From Azolla caroliniana (Eukaryota > Plantae > Polypodiophyta): a stretch of 64,000 bases of DNA. The stretch spans positions 17,670,001-17,734,000 of the forward strand of contig JBHGNT010000006.1 of NCBI GenBank assembly GCA_043228905.1, given 5' to 3'. The notes under the pieces were generated by a model that was not told the origin of the DNA, searched no databases, and saw only the letters and a program-made list of their open reading frames with translations. Of the stretch, positions 25,335 to 39,154 are shown piece after piece. Numbering within the stretch: position 1 is the first letter of the stretch; every line of letters starts with the position of its first letter. Both the position numbers and the translations under genes were made by a program.

Positions 25335-28300
25335 TGTTAAGAGTCTATTACTAATCAATAGACCAAATCAAGTAAAAAGGAAGAAAATAGATTGGATAGA
25401 AGAACCCGTTCCACCCGACCACCCCCGAGCTATGATCTAGACATAGCCAACCTACCACCGACGTCCCATACCGCCGGATATTAGGATGACTAATACCTTG
25501 GAAGAGATAAACACGATCGTCGAGACGAAAGCCTAGCCCGCACCACCGGTGTCTACGACAGCAGCCTTCCGACGTGCTCCCTATGAGGGTAGCTAAGCCT
25601 CATATTTATACCTTTTCCTAGGCCCCTTGAATAGATGTGCCTTTCTAAAAGGCTCTCTATTCATTGGTTGTCTAAATCATGATAGTGCATGCACATATCA
25701 TTCATTCTATCCAATCATTAGTCCCCTTTTTAATAATAGTGAACATACCCTTCACTAATGTAAATATTAGTGACCTACCCTCACCAACGTTATGTGTACA
25801 TAACATACTCCCCTACTTCAAAAGATTGCACTCTTGCAATATAAAGTGAGGAAATTGTGCCTTAAGCGAATGCTCGCGTTCCCATGTGGCATCATCAATA
25901 GGTTTATCCATCCATTTGATCTTGAATAGCTGAACCTCTTTAGAACGTAAACGTTTAGTACGAGAATCAAGAATTCGTTCAGGAACATGAGGTTTGTAAG
26001 AAAAATCCTCTAATGTTACAAGATCTTGGATTGTGATGGTGTTATCACCAGAGCCTAAAAATGGTTTTAGACGACTGACGTGAAAAACAGGATGAATACC
26101 AACGTTACGAGGTAAGGCATGGTGATAAGCAGATGACCCAACTCGCTTAAGGATTTCAAATGGGCCACAATATCGTGGGGCTAACTTAGCGCACTTGCCC
26201 GTAGATAATGACGTAGAATCAATCGGGACACGCAAAAAAACTTTTTGACCAATAGTAAATGCACGAGGACGTCTATCCTGATCAGCATAAAATCGAGCAC
26301 AATCTTGAGCTGTCTTGACATTTTCTTTGGCAATATGCAACATTTGGTTCATGTCTTGCAAAAAATTGCGTGTACTGTCTAATGTATCACGATGAATCGT
26401 GACATCAACTGGGGCACGTGGCTGAAAACCATACATCAACATAAAAGGACTATATCCAGTGGATGTATGTTTAGAGCTATTATAGGCAAATTCTAAGATA
26501 GGAAGGTATTGCTCCCACTTAGAAGGGGTTTTTGCTACATAAGCTCGAAGCATGTCCTCAATAATTTGATTAACTCGTTCAGTTTGTCCATCAGACTGAG
26601 GATGATCTGCGGAACTCATGCTCAACGTAGTTTCTAGTTTCTTAAAGACCTGAGTCCAAAAGTCACTAGTAAACTTGGAATCTCGATCACTAACAATATC
26701 CATCGGTAATCCATAAAAACGAAATAACTCATCAACAAATTGATAAGCCAACTGTTGAGCGGTTACCGTGGTTTTTGTAGGAATAAATCTAGCTAATTTT
26801 GTTAGCCTGTCAACGACAACCCATATGGCATCATGACCCCTCTGTGTACGAGGTAAACTAACAATAAAATCCATCGAGATACTTTCCCATTTATTGTTGG
26901 GAATATCTAAGGGATGTAAAAGACCAGCAGCTTTAAGTCGTTCCGACTTATTAATCTGACATTGTAAGCATTGAGTTACGTATTTATGCACGTCAGAGCG
27001 CATCTTAGGCCAGAAAAAAGTACACGAGATGAGAACGAGTGTGCGTTGTATTCCAGGATGACCAGCAGATGGTGCATCATGACATTCATGAAAAATTTTC
27101 TGTTTAACATTTGGTAAATCTGGAACACAGACCTTTCCACTACGGTAGAGCAAACCGTTTGTAATGTGAAAGGTCGCCTTCGAGGGTAGGGTGCTAGTAT
27201 CGGCATCTAAACCAGATTCGGCTTTCGTCCAGTATTTTGAGAAATAACTGTCATCAAGGTATTTCCCTCAAAGGTGATCTAAAAGATCAGATTTTATTTC
27301 CGTGAAGCTAAGCATGTTAACTTCTTTAATGCGACTAAGAGCATCAGCAACGGTGTTCATAGAACCCTTGCGATATCGTATGGAAAAATCAAAATCTTGC
27401 ATAAGGTCAGCCCAACGGCCTTTACGACCAACAAGATTGGGCTGGTCACAAAAATACTTTAATGATTGATGGTCTGTTGTAACCACAAATTTATTTCCAT
27501 AGAGATAGTGCCTCCATGTTTTAAGTGCGTGTATCACCGCAAACAACTCTTTCTCTTGAACCGAATACCGAGATTGAGCAGCATCAAGCTTCTTACTTTC
27601 AAAAGCAATAGGGTGACCACCTTGATAAAGAACGGCACCAATAGCATAATCACTAGCATCGGTTTCAATTGAGAAAGGCTTAGAAGGGTCTGGTAATAGA
27701 AGAGTGGGAGCCTGACACACATGCTCCTTGAGTGTCTCAAATGATTTGTCAAGTTGTTCATTCCATGAAATTGGTTTGACAGACTTACGTGGATGACCTT
27801 TTAAAAGGTCAGTTAATGGCGTAGTCAATTTGGAATAGTTACGAATTGATTTTCGTAAAAATCCAACAAACCCTAAGAATGATCTAAGTTCACGAATATT
27901 ACGAGGAATGGGCCAAAGTTTAACCTTTTCAATACGAGAAGGTTCAATTTCAACGCCCTTTTCTGTAATTAAATGACTTAGGTACACAATAGATTTTTGG
28001 AAGAAGTCACATTTTGAATGTTTTGCATAGAAAGAGTTGTCACGCAACTTTCGCAAAACATCATCCAAGAAGAGTTGCACATTTTGAATGTACGGCAACT
28101 TTCGCAAAGGTACGGCTATCATGTTTTGCATAGAAAGAGTTGAACATGATCTTGCAAGGTACGACTATATATCAAAATATCATCCAAGAAGACGACAACA
28201 AAATCACCGAGTTGATCTCGGAAAACATCATTCATCGCTTGTTGGAATGTGGCTGGAGCATTAGTCAACCCAAACGGCATGACTAAAAACTCATAATGGC

Positions 28301-31300
28301 CATAGCGCGTACGAAAAGCGGTTTTAGGAATATCATCCTCGGCGATGCGAATCTGATGATAACCAGTTCGTAAGTCAATTTTCGTAAAATATCGAGCCCC
28401 ATGCAAACGATCAATCAAATCATCGGCACGAGGTAATGGATATGCATTCTTAATTGTCATTTTATTCAAACGGCGATAATTGATACACATTCGCCACGAA
28501 CCTTCCTTCTTCTTGACTAATAGAACTGGCGCACCCCAAGGTGATTTACTATACCTAATGTGGCCCATACTCAAGTATTCCTTAAGTTGTTTAGCGATCT
28601 CATCCTCTTCTAATCGACTAAGTCGGTAAGGTGGAATGCTCATAGGAGCAGCCCCAGGGATGAGTTCAATTTGATGGTCCACATTACGTTTAGGTGGTAA
28701 AGTAAGCGGTAATTCAATAGGAAACACATCTTGAAAATCCTCTAAAATAGAGTCGAGTAATCGTTGCTCAAAATGTGGTAATTGTGTAGCGTCAATATTA
28801 AAATAATAAAATTGAACCGCAGGATCAATTATACACGAATAAATTAATGAACTAGAATACTCACTTAAAGATTTAGAAGACACAAGTGAATGAGAAGGAA
28901 GTTTGGAACATTGAATAAAATGTTTACAATTATTAAGTTCAAATGTGATTGAGTGATTAACCCAATCAATGGACAAAGAAGGGTTTTTATTAAAAAACCA
29001 AGGATATCCTAAAATGACATCTGCGGATTGTAATTTCATAACATGAAAGTCAAGCTTCTCCAAATAAGTATCTATTTGAATTGGTAGTTGACAAACAATG
29101 CCACTGATGTATTGAACGTTTCCATTTGCCATGTGAACTTGATAGATATGATCACTTGCGTTTATGTGGAGCTCCATTTGCTGCACAAAGTGATCATTAA
29201 GAAAATTGTGAGAACTACCGGAATCAAACAAGAAATGTGCTTGTGTTCCATTGATATATCCGACTGCTCGGAGTAAATCATTAGGTCCAAGTAAATGTGA
29301 AGGAAAAGTGCATTCACATAAACTTAAGTGATTGGTATGAACTTCAACAATATCAAAAGACTCACCTGTGTGACTCGTAGATTTGTCTTGAGGAGGGGTG
29401 TTCATTGACTTCCTCTCAAGACGACGACAGGTATCCTTTGTGTGGCCCCGCTTCTTGCAATATGCACAGAAGAGGTTCGGTTTCTTTGAGTCGCGGTCAA
29501 GAGTGTCACTGGATTGCTTATGTTTCCCAATGAACTTGACATTCGGAGTTTTGGCGAACTCAGGTTTATTGTGGTCTTTCTTGGAAGTCCTATGGTATCG
29601 CAGCACAATGTTGACGGCTTCCTCGAAAGTTGTGGGGTCCTTGTCATGGACAATCCAATGATAATCCCCATTGGGAATACCATTCAAAAAACAAGCGACA
29701 AACTATTTCTCACCCGTAAGTCCCGATTTTTGGATCTGGGTCCGAGCGTGATGCACATAATCCTCGAGAGAGGTAAATGGCTTACTAGACAATGTGAGCA
29801 AGTGTTGCGCTTGTTCGGTTTGAGAAGGTGGCTGCAAGAATTGTTTCTTAAAAACATCAACGAAACCTTCCCAAGTTGTGGGTAAGTTTTTTGCGGTCCT
29901 TAGGCCACGCCACCAAGCAGCAGCTCGGCCACCTAACTCACGACCGACATAACCAATTTTTACTGCATCGGGCTTGGGATGAAGCTCAAAGTGAGACTCC
30001 CAACGACCAAGCCAAGTGCTAATGGCCTCCTCAGTTCTTTCTTTCTTATCTCCCTTGAAAGGCGTGACTACGAAGGAAGGTTCACCTTCTTTCTTGGACT
30101 CAATAGTTAATTCTTGGAATTTCTTTTCCAATGCCATATTGGCCTGTCTCATCTCGGCCAATTGATTCAAGGTAGTAGTGAGCAATTGCTCAATAGTGAT
30201 CTCAGCTTGTGTGCGAGATGCGGATTGGGGTTGAGAGGTCTCATTTGGAGAGATCGTTCCAACTGCGTTCAAAACTTGTTCCATGATGCACGCTGTGGGT
30301 ATGCAATAAAATAAGGAGGTTCAGAAAATACACAAGCAAAATGAATGCTTGAAATTTTGATTGAAATAACTTTATCCAAGAAAGTATCTCATGTCTTTAC
30401 CCCTCTAGACATATGAGATGTGATTCGAGATCCGATAACTATGGTAACACTATGGTGTTTTAAAAACCATGGGGGAAAACATAGCTAAGATGTATTTCTC
30501 GGATCTCTATCTTGAGTAATCATGGCGGCTCCCCGAGGCTCAACCATGGTTCTTACATCAATGAAATTTCCTAGATAGCCTTATATTAATGCCAACCCAT
30601 CATGTATTATATGGTCGAGAAAGTGTATTACGTGAAAAAACAAGTGCACTCACAAGTAATATTCTAGTCTTGCGAGCAATAAGCAAACGTGATGATAAAA
30701 TGATAAAATAAGGCACTACTCATAAGAGTTAAGTAGTGATGAAAACAAGGGTAAAAAAAAAAAAAAAAGAACCCATGTGTTACCTACGAAAAAAACAATG
30801 TCCCAAATAAATGGGAAGTGCAAGGTATGCACATATACATCCCAATATGATTGTTATAACTTGCACAATTGTGACATAAGCCACAAATTGATACAAGTGA
30901 TGACAGTGTTGTGCGCAAAGATGTAATACTCAAATCCATGAGTAAAACATCAATAAGGGAACTCATATGGTTTTACTAGTTTTCTAAGGCTTGATGATAA
31001 GAGTTAAACCTAGATGACCCGTTGAAAAAAAATCGTTCAACAAGCCACTCCATACGAAAAAAATAGTCTACACGTAAAGGTTACATCAAAAGTAAACGAT
31101 GTAAATACTTTATACACGAAAAGGAAGTGGAAAAAGGAGAGTTAATTGTGGGCGGGTAAATAATAATTACTAGAAAATCATATAAGTTAAACAATACTTA
31201 TGAAATTAAAATTTAATTAGAATAATCAACAATTAGGTGTATGGAATCAAACATGCCCTAAGATACGAAACCCTAGGGTAGTTGACATGCACCTCCTCAA

Positions 31301-32349
31301 GACCACCACATATCCCTAGAATCGACCAAGTAATGGCTAATTAAAGAGGAAAGTGGCATAGGTAAGTGACATATACCTCGTCAAGGCCACATCATCCCTT
31401 AGAATCGACCAAGTGATGGCTCAATAGAGGGGAAGCGTGGTATACTCAACATCATATGCAAAACGGCCATGAGATAAGCGTGTGCGATTAGAGCAAACAC
31501 GCTCGACCCAATGCACAAGAATAATTATTATCGTAAGAGTTCAAGAGAGGAGAGAGTGGGATATATATCGCAATATGCAAAAGGCCATGAGTTGAGTGTG
31601 TGCGATTAGTGCAAACACGCTCGGCCCGATGCATAATAATAAGTAAAATCGTAGCGTAGTGGGAGGTAGAAAGAAAGAGAATAAAACGTAATACCAATTT
31701 GATTCGACCATAAAGAACGCATAATAGAAAAAGAGAAGAGATCAAAAAAGAAGAATACCGGGTTTAGAGTGTTGTTTTGATCCTGAGAAGAGCATGACGA
31801 GCCTTGTTAGATCCCCCTTGCTCACACGCAAAAACATCAAAGCAACAAAAAAATTGTTAGTAAAAGCTCTGATACCACTGTTAAGAGTCTATTACTAATC
31901 AATAGACCAAATCAAGTAAAAAGGAAGAAAATAGATTGGATAGAAGAACCCGTTCCACCCGACCACCCCCGAGCTATGATCTAGACATAGCCAACCTACC
32001 ACCGATGTCCCATACCGCCAGATATTAGGATGACTAATACCTTGGAAGAGATAAATACGATCGTCGAGACGAAAGCCTAGCCCGCACCACCGGTGTCTAC
32101 GACAGCAGCCTTCCGACGTGCTCCCTATGAGGGTAGCTAAGCCTCATATTTATACCTTTTCCTAGGCCCCTTGAATAGATGTGCCTTTCTAAAAGGCTCT
32201 CTATTCATTGGTTGTCTAAATCATGATAGTGCATGCACATATCATTCATTCTATCCAATCATTAGTCCCCTTTTTAATAATAGTGAACATACCCTTCACT
32301 AATGTAAATATTAGTGACCTACCCTCACCAATGTTATGTGTACATAACA
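25335..32349 (-). mobile_element. Full-length chromovirus (Ty3/gypsy) G2, young
   Basis: LTRs 25335-25805 and 31879-32349 (I see ~4 transitions in 471 bp); TSD GGAAT; PBS TGGTATCAGAGC at 31866-31877; PPT at 25806-25816. Confidence 0.95.
25813..30284 (-). pseudogene. gag-pol: G2 gag-pol (gag, Zn knuckle, protease, RT, RNase H, integrase, chromodomain) with stops and a frameshift
   Basis: [74 protein letters not shown]. Confidence 0.93.
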
Positions 32350-35300
32350 GGAATGTTAAAGTGCTCACCGAGTTAAGTAATATAAGCTTCAATCACATTT
32401 TTATGATAAAGAAAAATGAAATAAGTGGTTCTACGCTTTTGTATGCTAAACAATATTCATCTTCTACAACATGCGAACTTGAAGGTGGTTGCCAGTTATT
32501 ACTTTGTATGCCGAGTACAATTGTCCATGGAGCTAAACAAATGCCAATTGAGAAGAAAGGACAATTGCATAGTGACTTGGTATCGGAACAAAAACGGTTA
32601 TGGCTCCAAGCCTTATAAGAAAAAAGAAAGCATAATGAGGCCGCCAAGAAATATGCCGCACAACAAGACACGTCATGGTGGGATGTATTTTTTAGTGATC
32701 AGAAAGGAATTATAGAGAATTGTGTACTTGGTGATAATTGGAATTTGGAAACGCCATTCACATGGTCGCTACAACATGATCGTGTAAATAGAACTCTGAA
32801 GCAAACAACAAATGCGATTAATGACAGTTTGGTCCATCCACAACAAAGAGACATTTATGTGGGACCAAGGATGACCAAAGCAGCCGAAGCTAGATGGCAA
32901 GGCAATTTGCAAGAGCTTGCGGCGGGGATGTTGATTGCAACGCGGCCACCAATTTTGGGCTAGTAAAATTCTAGAAGTGCTAATGCAGGAAATAGAAAAC
33001 ACGATCAAGTCTATAAACGTTCATTGGTACAACTAGAATTGCAAATGCTTTTACAGGTAAGTATACATTGGAGATGATTGAATGCCCAATGACAAGGGGA
33101 GGTAGGAAGAGGAAGCGAAACATTTGTAACACCTCGACCCTCGATATCTCTAATGTGGATATCATCGTGTACGACTTCACGCTTACAAAAGTCGGACGAT
33201 TAAGGAAGTCAACAATAGATATAATAAAAGAAAAATTACCAAGTCTACAAGTTGGCTTGAGTCGAAGGCAAACGAGCTTTGGTACATATAATCTAGAGTC
33301 AAACCATTTGGTTTATGAGGAAGATAATGCACTTGTTACGGGCATGACAATTTAATATCCCATAGTGAGAATTTACCATAGTATTCTATACACGTGGATA
33401 AGTGTGAGGGTTAAACGAGAGTGTAAAGAAGGGGAGGATTACTTTTAATCCTCGGGATTGAGAGAAGCCATTAGGTCAAGTGTGAACTTGCCTGGGGACC
33501 TTGGGTATCGCTATAAATAAGAGGCCTAGCTACCCTCATTTGATCATCTTTTGGACTACATCGAGACTCTACTCTTGTGGTGGGTCAACTCTTGTAGCGA
33601 GCGCGCCAGCACCAGGTACGACTCGACGCCACAACGGTGGTATGGGACGCCAATCGAGGCTCGCGTCCGTCTCGATCCCTTCGCTCGAGGGTGGTCGGGT
33701 GGATCGACAACCTTCTTTCTCTTTCTCCTTTCTATCTATCATTTGTTTATCCTTATCTTAAGCTTACTTTAGTACTTAGATCTATAATATTTATGTTACG
33801 GGCATGACCATTTAATATCCCGTACTGAGAATTTACTGTAGTATTCTATACACGTGGATAAGTGTGAGGGTTAAACGAGAGTGTAAAGAAGGGGAGGATT
33901 AGTTTTAATCCTCGGGATTGAGACAACCCATTAGGTCAAGTGTGAACTTGCCTGGGGGCCTTGGGTATTGCTATAAATAAGAGGCCTAGCTACCCTCATT
34001 TGATCATCTTTTTTACTACATCGAGACTCTGCTCTTGTGGTGGGTCAACTCTTGTAGTGAGCGCGCCAGCACCAGGTACGACTCAACGCCACGGCGGTGG
34101 TATGGGACGCCGATCGAGGCTCGCGTCCGTTTCGATCCCTTCGCTTGGGGGTGGTCGGGTGGATCGGCACCCTTCTTTCTCTTTCTCCTTTCTATCTATC
34201 ATTTGTTTATCCTTATCTTAAGCTTACTTTAGTACTTAGATCTATAATATTTGGTATTAGATTTATGTACTAATGTTTCTTTGTTTTTCATTTGTCTTTT
34301 GATTGATGTTGATCGATCGTTGTGCGGTCGGCCTTGATCCAGACAACGATCAACAAAGAACTTCGGTAACTCTTTCCATAATTTTTATTTCTATTCTCTC
34401 TTCTCCCATCTAATCATGTGTTTAGTTTATATGTCAATTTTTTTCATTAAGTCAATGATGTTGTAGTGGTCTTTAATTGAATATCTAAAATGTTTACATA
34501 TGTGCACGAGGTCAATACCTCGTTTGACATATTAATAATATGTGATGAGTGTCGTATGCGTACGAGGTTAATCCCTCAATTACGTATTACGTTCACGAAC
34601 ATATGTTACGTTTGCATATGAGTTTAATACCTTGATTTGTTGTAAACGATATGCGGTTGGTCTCGTATGCGTAAGAGGTCAATACCTCAATTGCGTATTA
34701 CGATGATCTCTTATTTGAGGATGTTTCGTGTGTGTAGATGTATATACCTCGATTACGTATCTCGATCACATCATTTGTGGCTATTTAATATAACGATATG
34801 TTTAATATAGGCATATGTGGTCACATATATACGTATTTTGTCATATATATGTGATAAGTAAACATATGTGTATATTCGTTATTACGTGATTATATCGAAA
34901 GTTGTCCTTGTCGGGAAAAGGATGTTGGTGGCCGTCCTCACATTTTTGTGAGAATGGCGTTGTCACCATCCCTTTTTCAACAATTTTTTATTGTTGACAA
35001 CCCCGTTGATGACCTCGATTTCGTTACGTAAAGAAACGCCAATAGCCATAATGATGTTGAGTACGTAGGGCTTGACCCACTTCAAGTGAGGTCGCTCCAA
35101 TGACGCACGTATCCAACATCCCTCCCTCGTTACATGGATACAATGCCACCATGAGCTCATTCTTACGAGAGGCATTCGTAATGACGTGACCATGTGATGG
35201 GCCACGTGGGCCTACTACGAAACGAAGCCTCATTTGGCTTGACCACTAGGTTGCAATTTGGCGTATGCCATCGTAATTACGAGACTTGAGGTTAGGTAAC

Positions 35301-35668
35301 GTACCAACATAGTTTTGGTAAATGAGGGCGAAATAAGGACCCTTGAAATATATGTTCTTTCAAAAAAACATATATGATCAATTGCCTCGCATATCTCTTA
35401 TACGCATCAAACATTAAGCATTCGAGAAGAGCAACTTACTTGGTTGGCTCAAGTGTTTAATGTATCTGTTCTCGAGGTCTCAAGTTCAAATATGACCAAG
35501 ACCATACAACATCTTTGATACATATGACTATAACACATATTTAGACTTAAGGTCTAAGTGCACCTCGGGGTCCTCGTAATAGGACTTAAAGAGCTGAAAC
35601 CACATATGTGGGCACCGAAACATAGTTTATTGTTAACATTTTTTTCGTGTATAAACTATTCATGACGC

Positions 35669-38600
35669 TGTCGTGACGATTTTCGGCTACGGTGTGAAAC
35701 CGAGTGAGACGAATAAACCAAGGATGTGCAACATTGCACATGCACTTAACAAATAAACCTAAGGCCTACTGGTAGTTGAGTTCATACAGAGGGGTGCAAG
35801 CAAGGATTGAACCTTGCACCTCTAAGATACAAGATAATTGCCTTACCACTAGGACAACTATCATATAGTATAGATTTTATGTATTTACTTTTCATATATG
35901 AATTATAGATGAAACAACCATTAGAAAACCATGTGCACAAAATCATGGTTCTAAACCCACGGTTTGTGCATGACATAAGCAAAACTGTGTGCACAAAACC
36001 ATGGGCTAAAACCATGGTTTTGTGCATGTCACAAGCATGGAAAGACCTATAAAAGCCTCTAGTTGGGCTTATGTAAGGGGGGCTCAATAAGTGATATCAC
36101 CAACACCATTATCATCAATATAATTATATTTGTCTTTATCTTCTTCATATTTTTCTACTTCTCAAGTGTAGAATCTTTCTTCTTCTCAAGTGAACAAATT
36201 TCATCTAATCTTACATTGATCGTCATCTCTTCGATAATTCTGCGAACATCCTCCCCAGTCCAAGACCCCGGTGGTCGCTCGAGTAGCACACGCATGAGCA
36301 AATCTTCCTGACATCATTTGGTGAACCCGACGTGGAGAGCAGTAGGGGAGGACGAAGATGGATGGCGAATATCTCATGGAGGCAATGTCAAAAAGGATGA
36401 TGGAGTTTCTGAGAGAAGGGAAAAGGCGAAATGAAGCCCAACAAGCCGTCGATCGGGTAGTCGAGCGAGTGAGCTATTTCGACGGCGTTGAAATCCAAAG
36501 TTTTCTAAAAGTCTACAATGCGGAGATGGATTCAAGAGGTGTGGACGAAGCTATGAGGCTGGAGTACTTTTCTCGAGTGCTGTCTCAACCGATCTTCAAA
36601 GACGTAAAAGAGCTTCTAGAAGCTCATGATTCGTGGGAGACTTTCAAGAAGGCTCTATTGGAGGAATATGGCTATGAAAGACTGAAGGGACGAGATCTAC
36701 ACAACTTCGACCAATGGGTGACATGGGCAAAGACCCACCATGGCGCGACACAAGCATTCGTAGACTTCGAGCATCATTTTTCTCAACTCTCAGAGTGGGA
36801 ACAAAGATTGGTGGGGGTCGATAAGGTCCTTATGTTCGTGAAGTCAATTGATCGAATGGAAAGGATGGCCATCGGCCTCAAACTCGAAGAAGATGACAAT
36901 GCAAATGGCCTCATCGAGGATTGGAGCAAAGTGGAAAGTGTATGCGGACTACACGATAAGGGGCGAGTGAGAATATCAACAACAACAAGACGGCCCATGA
37001 GGGACGATCGAAGAGGGGCGAGATGCAGCAACGCACCACCAACAAAAGAAATAAAGCTTAAAAGGGAGACAAAACTGAGGTGAATGGTGATCAAGGAAGA
37101 AGAGACCTCCCAACAAATGCGGGTTAATGAAGTGGCCGATACAAAGGCTCAAGTTCGGTATGACGGTACCGAGAGAGAAGTTGTGAAACAAGTCACCTTC
37201 TTGTCTTATGAAGAAACGACGGCCAAGGAGGAGGCCGATGACTCGAGGACGGAGAACACCACTTCGAGGGAGGATAAACGTTTCGGAACACGCATTGTGT
37301 ACGAAACATCGGGTGATGACGGCGCAAGCATGAGAAAAGCTTGCATGATCGAGGGAGATAAAGTGTTTGAGTCTGAAGAGATTGAGGAGGTAGCCATGAC
37401 AAACGACATCGAGCCGGAGGTGGCTATGGATGAGTCGACAACGGATAGCCATGTCAAGACTTTCTCCACGATTGTTCTAGACACTTTGGCGGTTGCGCCC
37501 GTGTGCCAACGTGAGACCGGAGAGACGGAAGGTGGTGACGGGAAGACGAAGGTCCAACACAAGGAGGAAGAAGATCGAAGAAGAAAGGATATCCCCACAC
37601 CTATTCTAGAGACTTCGGCGGTTGTGCACGTGCTCCAACGTGAGACTGGAGAGACGGAATGTGTGGACGGAAAAGCGGAAGACCGGAAGGGCGATGAGGA
37701 AGACAAGGTAAATGTGCATGAACGAAGGGATTCCTTCACACTGGTTCCGAAGGCTTCGGCAGTCGAGACCGTGTGTCGACATAAGATCGAAGATAAAGGA
37801 GGTGGCGGAGAGGAGACAATATGGCTCGAGGCGAGCATACATGGAGGGAAGGATATGGCCGACGAGGAGGCCAAGGATGAAGCCGCGGTTGAGTTCGATG
37901 GAGAGGCGTCATGCGGGAAGGAAGGAAAAGTCGAGAACCGGTCGAACCGGAAGACGATCCGGCCAGGATTCCGGCCCGAACGAAGGAAGATCCACATGGG
38001 AGCCGATTGACCGGGGCCGACCCGGCCGAAACCTGATTCGGCCGAAATTGATCGGACAATCCCGATCCAAAAGGGGGCCGACCCCGCCAAAATCAATCGG
38101 TCGAGCCCAACTCGGCGAAATGTGAATGCAAACGAAGGCCAACCGAGCCAAGAAGTGATCGGCGGAGACCGATCTGGACAAAGGCAAACATGGCATTATC
38201 AAAGATCGACACGAACAATCCACAACACCCATGTGAAGACGGTGAGCGTAAGGAGTGGCCAGGACACACACGGTGGACGAAGGAAGAGCAGTCGGATCGA
38301 CGACATCGTTCGGTAGATCTACTACAACCGATCAGGGAAGAAGGTGGATCGGGTGGCTACGGTGGTTCGGTTGGAAAGATTGCGCATAATCAAAGTGGAA
38401 GACGAAGTCAGATGAGGTTGACAAGCATGCAGAGGAACTTGGTTGATGATCGTTGCCAAAGATCTCACCTCTTCACCTTTCTCGGCACATACCGGAGGAT
38501 GTGCGGGTTTGGTGGGGGTGGATGTCGTGATGATTTTCGGCTACGGTGTGAAACCGAGTGAGACGAATAAACCAAGGATGTGCAACATTGCACATGCACT

Positions 38601-39154
38601 TAGCAAATAAATCTAAGGCCTACTGGTAGTTGAGTTCATATAGAGGGGTGCAAGCAAGGATTGAACCTTGCACCTCTAAGATACAAGATAATTGCCTTAC
38701 CACTAGGACAACTATCATATAGTGTAGATTTTATGTATTTACTTTTCATATATGAATTATAGATGAGACAACCATTAGAAATCCATGTGCACAAAACCAT
38801 GGTTCTAAACCCATGGTTTGTGCATGACATAAGCAAAACCGTGTGCACAAAACCATGGTTTTATGCATGTCACAAGCATGGAAAGACCTATAAAAGCCTC
38901 TAGTTGGGCTTGTGTAAGGGGGGCTCAATAAGTGATATCACCAACACCATTATCATCAATATAATTATATTTGTCTTTATCTTCTTCATATTTTTCTAAT
39001 TCTCAAGTGTACAATCTTTCTTCTTCTCAAGTGAACAAATTTCATCTAATCTTACATTGATCGTCATCTCTTCGATAATTCTGCGAACATCCTCCCCAGT
39101 CCAAGACCCCGGTGGTCGCTCGAGTAGCACACGCACGCGCGAATCTTCGCGACA
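35669..39154 (+). mobile_element. 3.5-kb non-autonomous LTR element (gag-like ORF and acidic ORF, no pol) inserted in the G1 leader
   Basis: LTRs 35669-36313 and 38523-39154 (TGTCG...GACA); 4-bp TSD ACGC; PBS TGGTGAACCCGACGTG at 36319; purine-rich tract GGTGGGGGTGGA. Confidence 0.9.
36358..38010 (+). CDS. Gag-like (capsid-like helical) protein followed in frame by a Glu/Asp-rich extension; one TGA at 37081-37083
   Basis: ORFs of 241 and 308 aa abut in the same frame; YFDGVEIQSFLKVY and SWETFKKALLEEY resemble retrotransposon gag. Confidence 0.6.

Noticed and set aside
33501-34232. Repeated 86-aa 'MGIAINKRPSY' ORFs (also at 43737)
   Set aside because: They lie within identical LTRs, start at TTG and span the TATA box; repetition reflects LTR copy number.
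35440-35500. A/B-box-like sequence in the G1 leader
   Set aside because: Degenerate, no clear stems and a single occurrence; not callable as tRNA or SINE.
37206-38096. 296-aa antisense ORF, and similar overlapping ORFs at 8347-8883 and 21979-22398
   Set aside because: Ser-rich shadows of GC-rich or acidic sense sequence; no independent motif.
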